From Octopus sinensis (taxonomy: Eukaryota): a DNA stretch of 64,000 nucleotides. The stretch is taken from positions 28,272,001 to 28,336,000 of the forward strand of contig NC_043000.1 in assembly GCF_006345805.1 (NCBI RefSeq), given 5' to 3'. The notes beneath the pieces are model-generated. The model made no database searches, was not told the origin of the DNA, and worked only from the letters and a program-made list of their open reading frames with translations. The position numbers and the translations under genes are program-made. Shown here in pieces: positions 52,848 through 64,000 of this stretch (position 1 is the stretch's first letter; every line of letters begins with the position of its first letter).

Positions 52848-53830
52848 ATATATATATATCTTTCTCTGAGTCCCTCTTTTTAGCAATCGAAAGCGTGAAA
52901 GCAAAGTATCAAACTTTTTTTTAATTAACTTAACGTTTGGTATGAACGTTCGAAAACGGCAGCCATATTAAAAGAATAATTCTTGTTTTATGTCATGTAT
53001 TTCATCCTTCCCTGCTCTGTCTCAATACTGACATTTAGTGAGCGCTATACATTGGTGTATTACGTGAAATATATTTTTACTGACTGAACCAAAGTACAGA
53101 ACTCATCAAGAGGGGATGTACTAAAAACCTTTACTTTTCCTTTCTCTTGAAAAGATAACAAGAAAAGAAGGATAAGTCAAAGAGAGAGATATTCTGTAAT
53201 ATTCATTTTCTTTATTGAAAAGAATGTTCTGAAAGTCACATATGATATATAATACGTTGATTGCAGCAATTGTGAACCAATGTCTTGAGTGCCTGAAATT
53301 TGGAATATTGTCAATGTAAGTATTGTGAGATTCTATAATGTCACACCTTTACAACACGTTAATCGAATTTTGTGCGGGATACGAAAGTAAAATATAAGTT
53401 ATTCAGAATATCTATATATTAGATTTTGGACTCAGAGTTGCACAAAAAGATTTAGGAAAACAGTTTTTAAAAAATCTGCGACGGTTCTATTTATATTAAG
53501 TCTATAATACCAGCCTTTTCATACGTTATACTGCTTCTTGTGTAAATAATACCAACATAAATGAAGTGACGCCAATATATGGAATTTCAACAGGTCTTTG
53601 ACGAATTACTTCCTATTGAAGACGGTGAATGTTATCCTTCTTATGTGACATGACTCTATTGAAGTCTTCTCCTTCATTGCACGGGTATTACAGTAGTATT
53701 TAATGGTATTTGATTGTTAACTATATAAAGTTAAATAGATACACACATGCGTGCGTGCACACGCACGGACACACAGATACACACAGATACACACACATAT
53801 ACAGTTGAAAAAATGCGTGTGGTTGAACTT

Positions 53831-53990
<160 letters not shown>

Positions 53991-54348
53991 AAGAGAGACA
54001 TAGAGAGGAGAAGAATAGATAGATATTATGTAGACACATGCATACACGTATATAATTATGTACATGCATATTTATTTATAATAGGAACGTATGAACACGC
54101 ACACGCACACACTCATTCACTCACACTCACACATACAGATATAGAAAATAACATATGCTAAATATACCACGCATATAATAGAACCCGGGACCTCATGGAT
54201 CTGGAGCGAACTGCTTAAACATTCGCCTTTACTGCACCTGTAAACGTATACACCCACACTACACACGTGTTCATGTATTTATACTTAAACACACATTCAT
54301 ATACATATATTTAACTACATACATACATGTATATGCATATTATATATA

Positions 54349-54409
<61 letters not shown>

Positions 54410-54428
54410 TATATATATATGCATATAC

Positions 54429-54473
<45 letters not shown>

Positions 54474-54545
54474 CATATATATACAGAGAGCGAGAGAGAG
54501 AGAGAGAGATACACATATATATACGTGTGTGTGTATGTATGTATG

Positions 54546-54627
<82 letters not shown>

Positions 54628-55669
54628 GTGTGTGTATGTATGTATGTATATAGACTCCTGTGTGTTTGTGAATGTATACGACTGTGTGTGTGTTTATGTG
54701 TGTGTGTATGTGTGTGTGTGCTAAAACGATGAAGTTGCTTCGAATGGTAAGAAAGGTAGGATTGATTCATGGGAATTTGCCGGGTGAAAAACGATGTGCG
54801 TCGCCAAGAGAGTATAACAGTAATGACCTTACAATGCAAATGAGGCTTGGATGGAGGCGATAGAAGCAGCAGCAGCACTGAGTTGAACATCTTCGAATAA
54901 AAATGGAAAACATAGCAGTGAATCAAGTAAGGCCAAACGAAATTAGGCACATTTCCAAATAGGCCTCGTAAACTGTCAAAGGAGAAAAACTATAGAAATT
55001 TCAACGAGACGGGAAACGCGAAGGAAGGAGTTGCATGATTTGTGTTTCTTTGTGTATTTCTGTGTTGGGAGAGGTGAGGTGTGTGTGTCTTCATGTGTGT
55101 ATTTGTATGGTTTAACATAGGAGAGGTATGGCGAGAAGGGGAGGTTATTGAAAATTCTTGTGCGAAAAGAATTTGATGGTAAAAGTACACTATGGAATAA
55201 CGTTTCAGATGTAAGACCGTTTTAAATTCGGTCATGAAAGTAAAACGTACCTCAAAGGAGGAGTCTTGAATTAGTTTCTTTATCTGCTAGAAATAACGGT
55301 AAATGTTTTCTGAAATCATATTCAGCGACCTTAAAAATTTGAAGAGACACACAATAGTTCATGTGATCTTTCTTACGGATTTTTGAAAAGTAATAGAGAT
55401 AAAATAGTCGCTGCCTTTATACCGGGTTGTGGCCTGAAGTGAGCGACCGTGCTCAAAGTGTTTTCGAAGCAGCTGAAGTAGTAACAATCTGTGGAAGAAG
55501 GAATGGTTTTTATGGGACTTAGGGTTGTAGAAGTATAGTCTTTGAGATGGAGGTCGTGATCAGTTTCAGGAGTTATGGTGTGTCAGGGAAGAAGAGTATC
55601 TTCTCAACTTCTGTATGGGAGAGATTGTATCACACGTAATTGTGATATCCGAAATGTCTACACATGTTG

Positions 55670-56070
55670 GCGTAGAAGTGGCTGTGTGGTAAGTAGCTTG
55701 CTTACCAACCACATGGTTCCGAATTCAGTCCCACTGCGTGGAACCTTGGGTAAGTGTCTTCTACTATAGCCTCGGGTTGACCAAAGCCATGTGATTGGAT
55801 TTGGTAGACGGAGACTGAAAGAAGCCCGTCGTATATATGTATGTGTGGGTATATATTTGTGTGTCTGTTTTTGTCGCCCCAACATCGCCTCACAACCGAT
55901 GCTGGTGTGTTTGCGTTCCCGTAAATTAGCGGTTCGGCAAAAGAACCGATAGAATAAGTATTAGGCTTCCAAGGAATAAGTCCTGGGGTCGATTTGCTCG
56001 ACTAAAGGCAGTGCTCCATCATGGCCACTGTCAAATAACTGAAACAAGTAAAATAGTAAAAGTAAAAAGA
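55670..56070 (+). mobile_element. SINE family B, full length
   Basis: ggcgtagaagtggctgtgtggtaagtagc head through the ctgaaacaagtaaaatag tail. Confidence 0.9.
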
Positions 56071-56372
56071 GTATGTCTGTACACCTCTCCATTGTTAATA
56101 ATTTTTTTCAGAATTTCTGCAACGCTTGTGAGTGGCATGTATCTCATATCTGGGGACGAAGGACTAAAAAGATACGATCGAAAATTGCTAGACGTTAAAG
56201 GTGAACAGTAGGGAAACCATATATATTTAGATAAGTGGATGAAGAAGTGTTTGGGCTATAGTAGCTGGAAGTTGTTGCTAATATTTATGTGAAAGAGGTT
56301 GGCGGTAGAGAGGGTTCATAATCTACATATGCTCAGACTTTAAACATTTTCAACGAAATTGTATTACATACT

Positions 56373-56777
56373 TATTTCTTTATTGCCCACAAGGGGCTAA
56401 ACATAGAGGGGACAAACAAGGGTTTAAGTCGATTACATCGACCCCAGTGCGTAATTGGTACTTAATTTATCGACCCCCGAAAGGATGAAAGGTAAAGTCG
56501 ACCTCTGTGGTATTTGAACTCAGAACGTAAAGACAGACGAAATACCTATTTCTTTATTACCCACAAGGGGCTAAACATAGAGGAGACAAACATGGACAGA
56601 CATAGGTATTAAGTCGATTATATCGACCCCAGTGCTTAACTGGTACTTAATTTATCGACCCCGAAAGGATGAAAGGTAAAGTCGACTTCGGCGGAATTTG
56701 AACTCAGAACATAAAGACAGACGAAATACCGCTAAGCATTTCGCCCTGCGCGCTAACGATTCTGCCAGCTCACCGCC
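56373..56777 (-). mobile_element. SINE family A dimer enclosed by one 8-bp TSD
   Basis: tacatact at 56365-56372 and 56778-56785; the internal junction at 56546/56547 is identical to that at 4542/4543. Confidence 0.88.
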
Positions 56778-57797
56778 TACATACTGTAGCGTCAACAACA
56801 GAGGTAAATTGTAAGAAAGTGAGGGAGAAATACTTGCTTCTGAGTAAGAGCTGTTGTGTGGGGTACAAGTTTGGATCGAAATAAGACACAAAAGAATTGC
56901 CTGCTTGGCTCGGTATTATTCCTTTTATGCGAAGGAGACTGCAGAATTTGTCGGTATCCCGTGAAATCAAGATTAACTCCAGTCGGAAGCCTTGTATCAT
57001 TCTTGCAATAGAACGATATCTCTGCTAAAGACACTCGTGGACCTGGATGTAATTTTATAACTGTCAGTGTGACGCATCTAACACTCAAAATCTGGAATGT
57101 CTTTTGATTAGAGATGACAGGAAAATGTCATAAAGAAAAATTACGTACTAGCGTGTACAGCATAGCCTTCAACTTGTATACCTTGAACAAAAGCTATGTG
57201 ACATACATTACTGACGTACACGTCGAGCTGATAATTCACAGAAAGTTTACAGAAAGCAGCCACAGCTTCGACAAATCTTAGTTAGGTATTTCTCAATATG
57301 AAAATTAAAAGTTGTTGTCTTAATAATTATATGAAAATGCATATACATAACACTCAACAAGGACAACACGTTCTTCTTAATCTTATCAACAGCAGTAACA
57401 ACATTATAAATCTTATACTTGCTGGTATATATTTCTTGCTTCCTTTGGACATTCAAAACATGAATCACATATCACAGCCGGAGTGGAAGGATTAGAATTT
57501 GTAATACCCGTATTGCTTCCAATGAGATTGCGTGTGTAAATGAAGGGATAAGATTTCCGTCTCTGATTGAAAGTAAGATACTTAATGAATTTTATAAAAC
57601 AATTTCTCTCCAAATAATTAAAGCCCGCTTAAAGACTATAACGGAAAGTGGTCACAGCTTGCTCAAAGAATAGCTAAGTATTCTTCTCTCAATGTATAAA
57701 TGAAGTTGTTATCAGAAAATGCATATACATAACTCTCAGCTATGTCTTCAATTTGCTGAACAAAACAAGAGTGAATAGTTTCAATACATATATAGAT

Positions 57798-57874
<77 letters not shown>

Positions 57875-58096
57875 CAGATAGACAGACAGACAGATAGACA
57901 GCTAGATAGGTATACTGGAGCAGGTATACGGGTAGTTTATCAAAGTGAGCCAATTACTTCATCTCTCGATTACTTTTTTCCAATCTGCTAAGATACAGGG
58001 ACTTAAAGCAAAAATATGAGTTTAGGGATTAGACAAATAGTGTATATACACGCGCGCGCACACAGGCACAAGCACAAACTTACACACAAACACACA

Positions 58097-58830
<734 letters not shown>

Positions 58831-58873
58831 ATGTATGTATATAGTATTTTTATATAAGGTTATAGCTTACGGT

Positions 58874-58992
58874 GATCAGCGTGCAATGACCAAGGAAAAT
58901 AGTCTAATAACGGCGCAGACAGAAAAAGAATTCTGTCGAGGGCTTATTTGCTCCTTTATCAGACTATTTTCCTTACTCATTGCACGGTGATC
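58874..58992. other. 119-nt fold-back (MITE-like or hairpin RNA)
   Basis: 43-nt arms with 6 mismatches plus an inner gacagaa/ttctgtc stem. Confidence 0.7.
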
Positions 58993-59151
58993 GGTATAGG
59001 CTTTAAGCTTGTATAAAAATAGCATTATTGTTATTTACTGGATTGTAAATCACGGCGGCGTAGTAGAAAAAAACATTCGCATATATATATATATATGCAC
59101 ACACACACACACATACACGCGCACACACACACACACACACACCACACACAC

Positions 59152-59185
<34 letters not shown>

Positions 59186-59220
59186 ATATATATATATAAT
59201 ATAATATATATAATAAAATA

Positions 59221-59577
59221 TTAGGGAATAAATCCAAACTTACAGGGAAAAATCAGATTTAGGATTGAATCTAATTTTATAGTAAAATATTATATTATAT
59301 TAAATTAGAGATAAAACCATTATTAGGCAAATTGCTAAACCTCGCTAAGATAAATATTTCAATCACCTGAAGATTGACTGTAACCATAACTCGAATTATT
59401 ACGAATTGGACAGCAATGAAACGATCGTAGTGTTTTAATCATCATCTTTTATTAATATTTTAATACTTTTGATATATATTTAAAATAATATAAAATAATT
59501 AATTTTATGTATTGGCTTAAGTTTTTCATTGTTTGATTTGCCTAATAGTGGTTTTATCTCTAATTTAATATAATATA
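59221..59577 (+). mobile_element. Short ORF-less hammerhead-bearing element with inverted arms
   Basis: 42-bp inverted repeat 59291-59332 / 59536-59577 (1 mismatch) enclosing a hammerhead, with TA-rich flanks. Confidence 0.65.
59361..59435 (+). ncRNA. Type I hammerhead ribozyme (one extra U next to helix II)
   Basis: CUGAAGA (59367-73); helix II UUG-CUGU/ACAGCAA; GAAA (59418-21); palindrome ACGAUCGU; GUA (59427-29); helix I 5 of 6 pairs. Confidence 0.75.
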
Positions 59578-59799
59578 TATATATATATACGCCCAAGAGC
59601 CAGTAGTCTACAATATACGATATACACATGGTCGGCCCAGATTCTAGTAGAGGTCAATTTCTCAAGGTGCCGTACAGTGGGTTTGGAACTGCATATTTCT
59701 TATCCGCACTGCTATGTCTGCGCCTATACGAGTGTACATAATGCGCACGCGCAGCCTCCCCCACACCACACACGCACGCATATATTTATAAATATATAT

Positions 59800-60015
59800 T
59801 TCTTTACTGCCCACAAGGGGCTAAACATAGAGGGGACAAACAAGGACAAAGGAATCACAATGATCCCGGTTGCAAAACTGGTACTTTTTTTATCGACCCC
59901 GAAAGGATGAAAGGCAAAGTCGACCTCGGCAGAATTGGAACTCAGAACATAACGACAGACGAAATTCCGCTAAACATTTCGCCCGGCGCGCTAACGTTTC
60001 TGCCAGCTCGCCAAC
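59800..60015 (-). mobile_element. SINE family A, full length
   Basis: Reverse tail, body and head (ctgccagctcgcc). Confidence 0.85.
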
Positions 60016-60436
60016 TTTTATATATTTATATATTTTATATATTTATAAATATATTTACAGGTTTGTATAGCTATGCGCATATGTATGCGTGGTTGAGCGT
60101 GTGCGTTCGACGTACTGAGTTTTTAAATGTCGTCAAGTGGTTAAAATAAGCTGAAACGATGGAACACAAAAGATCGTAAAACCACGCTCCAACACCGACC
60201 AAAGAACACACAATGCGATGGAGATGACACTTCAAATTCATATGTAGATGAAATGTACATAACATCCCTAGTCTTTTATGAATTATGATATTAAGACACT
60301 TCTGCCATATACATACATATATATATATATGTATGTATGTATGTTATATATTTATATGTGTGTGTATGTGTGTGTGATGTATATATCTGTGCATTTGTAT
60401 ATATATAAATATTTACATATCTGTATATATATGTAC

Positions 60437-60470
<34 letters not shown>

Positions 60471-60514
60471 ATCTCTATCTCTCTCTCTATATATATATAA
60501 TATATATATATATG

Positions 60515-60660
<146 letters not shown>

Positions 60661-61710
60661 CGCGCATGTGTCTGTGTGTATAGCCAAGCAGTTAGACACT
60701 TATTGTTCACAAATCAATCACTGAACTTAAACCGAATTTCCCTGTTTTGAGTGACACGAGGTGAATGAAAACTATGATAGTCGTGTCCCTTTGCCAACGT
60801 CTGTCTGACATGTCACAAGAATTTTTACCAACTTCTGCGGACAACTTCAGAACACCTTTTGAAAGATCACACGATCTTTTCAGAAATATTTCTCTGGAAA
60901 TCGATATATTGAGTAATTCAATCCAGGAAGAACTATTCAATTAAAGAAGGAGAAAAGGAAAATGTGCAGTTATTAAAAGAACATAAAAATATAAAAACCG
61001 TCGATGAAAAAATATCAAAAGATAAAGTATGTGATTTTATAACGCTCGTTATTTTTTGCTATTTTTTTGCTATTTTTTTGCAATTTATTTTTTGTGTTTT
61101 GGGGAGGTTTTTTTTTTTATCTCTTATGGCTTTGACACGGAAGGAGAAAACTGAAAAGAAAAGAAAAATGAGAAACGTGTGGAGTTTGTGAAAGAATCGA
61201 AAAATAAAATTGCCAAACAAAGGGACATTATAATGAGAAAAGCGAAAATTAAGAAGGAAAAGATCATAAAATAACGTGAATGAATAAATGTATGGTAACT
61301 TAAAAACAGGTAAAAAAAATATAATAATAAATAAATAAAAATAATGACAGCGTTGGATAAATAAATTTTTCGAGAATGGTTCTGTCAGATTATTGATTTC
61401 CTTCAACACTTCTAGATCTAGGAATTAGAGAAGAGTGAAAATAGGATTTGTGGAAGTTCATGTCTTCCTCAATTTTGTGAGCGACTTAAGCGTTGTTAAA
61501 TATCTTTCACTGTGAATAAAATCCGAACGTTGATTCGAATTATCGAGGCTTTCCCCACTCGTTGTCAGGCATCCCAAATTGTACATGTATGTCCGTTAAA
61601 ATTTCACTCATATGCATTTACTCACACAGAGATATATCTAATTTCACAGTTTACTAAATCATTTATTACACGCAAAATACACCTACAATTATTTCACAAA
61701 TTTATATATA

Positions 61711-61755
<45 letters not shown>

Positions 61756-62118
61756 AGCAAGACTGCTAGTTCTAAAATCTCTCCAGTTGTACAAACAAGT
61801 AATGTCCATAACCACTTCAACATGGCTGTCCGTTTGAACTCACTTTACTGCGATTTTTTTTTTACATACAAACATATATGTGTATGTGTTATGTATGTAG
61901 GTGCGTGTGTGTGTTTGGGTGTGTGTGCGTGTGTGTGTATGAATATATATGCATATATATATATATAAAGCAAACGACGAAGACGGTGTGTAGAAAACAA
62001 ACAGATGTATTAGTTTAACGCTCGGGAAGTGAGAGAGTATTTTACATTTCGAGCCTACGCTCTTCGACATAAAGGAACACAGAAATAAACAGGGAGAGAA
62101 AATATATATGTGATTTTA

Positions 62119-62421
62119 TTTATGCGCCCTTTTCAAGCCTAGCCAGGTTCATGGGCCCAGTTTTCCCGGTTTCTGTGAAGTATGTTTTCCCCCCAGCTGG
62201 ACGGGGCGCCAGTCTATCGCAGCGTTACTCAAGAAAGAGAAAGAGTAAGAGAAAGTTAGGGCGAAAGTGTACAGCAGGGGTCGCTACCACCCCCTGCCGG
62301 AGCCTCGTGGAGCTTTAGACGTTTTCGCTCAATAAACACACACAACGCCCAGTCGGAGGATCGAAACCGCGCTCCTCCGGCCGCGAGTCCGCTGCTCTAA
62401 CCACCGGGTCATGGCGCCTCC
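62119..62421 (-). mobile_element. SINE family C with C2 tail
   Basis: Reverse head ggaggcgccatgacccggtggttagagcagcggactcgcggcc; body as at 24302; tail as at 43520. Confidence 0.85.
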
Positions 62422-63164
62422 ACATATATGTATGTATATATGTATATATATATATGGAATTATTAATATGATATAGGCAATATAAACCGACATATTAGGC
62501 TTATCGCCATACTATATTCCAACCTAGCTTACTTTAGCCTTATACTAATTGCGATATATGTAAGTTATTAACAGACTTTAACATTCTTGTTTCATCAACA
62601 ACACTAGAGTTCTTTGTATGTCATACAATATTTCATATATTCGAAAGTATTTGTCTTCAGATTTACTTCATTAGACCAATGATGGAGGTCCCCAAGTAGT
62701 TGCTCTTTCTGCTTGAAATATCAGTCAAATACCTCAAACTATACCACGTTGTCTTAAAACAACAACAAAAATTATATCGAGTAATTGAGTTTTAGACGCA
62801 GCATATGCCGAAAACAAAAGGCGGGATAGTCATGACGGGAATGTTTTTGATAGCAGGTGTACTCGATATCAGCCGACTTGGGGTGAAAGATTGTTTCTGA
62901 TTTGTAAGATGTTAAACAGATGAGATTTCTGTCTGGTTATAAATGGACACGACTTGAGTTGCGCCTATTGCAGGCCTGTCGCAGATGTAGACGCATACAT
63001 AGAAGACAAACCCTTCTTTAACGTCCCATCGAGAACGTTTGTAGGACCAATGAATTATACCATAAATGTTTCAAGTCGTTGCTGAATTAGTGTCTTACCA
63101 TATGCAAAATAATGTGTTTTACATAATATGTAAAGTGTGGGTAAAATAATGTGTTTTACATAAT

Positions 63165-63320
63165 ATGCAAGTGTGGGTAAGAAGCTTGCTTCTCAAACAC
63201 ACGGTTCTGGGTTCAGTCTCACTGCATGGCATCTTGAGCAACTGTCTTCTGCTATAGCCTCGGGCCGACCAAAGCCTTGAATGGATCTTGTTGACAGAAA
63301 ATGAAAGAAGCCTGTTGTAT
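63165..63320 (+). mobile_element. SINE family B 5' half
   Basis: gggtaagaagcttgc..ggttcagtctcactgcatggcatcttgagcaa..ccgaccaaagccttg. Confidence 0.8.
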
Positions 63321-63694
63321 AATATATATATATATATATATATCAGAAATATTAAATTTCTAAATCTCTCATAGAGATGTGTACGGTGGTGCGGCGATAG
63401 AATGGTTGTATACTGTCAATCTAACGTGAACGTGATAGTACGGGGTTACACCACCGCTGTTTAGCCCTAGGAAGCATCGACGCTTTCTGATGGCTTCGAC
63501 ACATTTTTCTTGTGTCCTTATATACATTTACGAAGGGGAGACAAACACCCCCAGCAGCCAGGCCTGCATCTAGAGACACGCATGTTTCAGGATCATTGTC
63601 CATCATCGGTCTAGAGTAGCAGACGCCTGTCAGCCGAGAATAACTGTCCCGAGTTTGTCATTGTCCCTCATTACAGCATGGCAATTGGTTCTGG

Positions 63695-63865
63695 CATGTT
63701 TACGTCCCCGTAATTTAGCGGTTCGTCAAAAAAAACAGATAGAATAAGTAGCAGAGTTAAAGAAATTATGTCTGGGGCCGATACATTCGACTAAAAATTC
63801 TTCAAGTTGGTGCCCCAGCATGGCCGCAGTCTAATGACTGAAACAAGTAGAAGAGAAAACAGAAA
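63695..63865 (+). mobile_element. SINE family B 3' half
   Basis: tttacgtccccgtaatttagcggttcg..gtgccccagcatggccgcagtctaatgactgaaacaag. Confidence 0.8.
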
Positions 63866-64000
63866 AAAAAACCCTAGATATGATCTAACAATGTTTCCTA
63901 TCTTAATACGACCCAAAATGGAGAGATAGATACATTCGACTCCCCCCTCTCATAAATGTGCGACATTGTACTTGGGTTAGGAAATGATATTTTGTGGGAG

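Noticed and set aside
60760-60945. Overlapping short ORFs on both strands with a good minus-strand polypyrimidine tract
   Set aside because: No recognisable product and only a weak donor.
63108-63180. ~39-bp tandem duplication (aaataatgtgttttacataatatg..gtgtgggt x2)
   Set aside because: Ordinary slippage or TSD-like duplication at a SINE 5' end.

Overview
This is AT-rich, microsatellite-dense animal DNA, probably intronic or intergenic. The SINE families look like those I recall from Octopus; that assignment is from memory and is unverified. No host protein-coding gene can be identified with confidence. Almost all ORFs in the track are translations of simple repeats, and only a few weak candidate exons remain. 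The window is a graveyard of mobile elements: at least four tRNA-headed SINE families with interchangeable 3' tails; decayed non-LTR retrotransposons (four R4/Dong-like RLE pieces, CR1-like, Tx1-like and RTE-like); a hAT (Charlie/Buster-type) transposase relic; an internally deleted mariner with intact TIRs; piggyBac-type MITEs; and a Helentron-type non-autonomous element. The strongest unexpected signal is a set of type I hammerhead ribozymes on the + strand. One at 43903-43995 is structurally complete, one at 59361-59435 is near-complete, and one at 50347-50417 is decayed. Each has a different 8-nt palindromic helix III and a GUA cleavage triplet. Two sit in short ORF-less units bounded by (TA)n and carrying 42-47 bp inverted arms, which points to non-autonomous Penelope-like or retrozyme-like elements. 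All alignments and foldings were done by eye.
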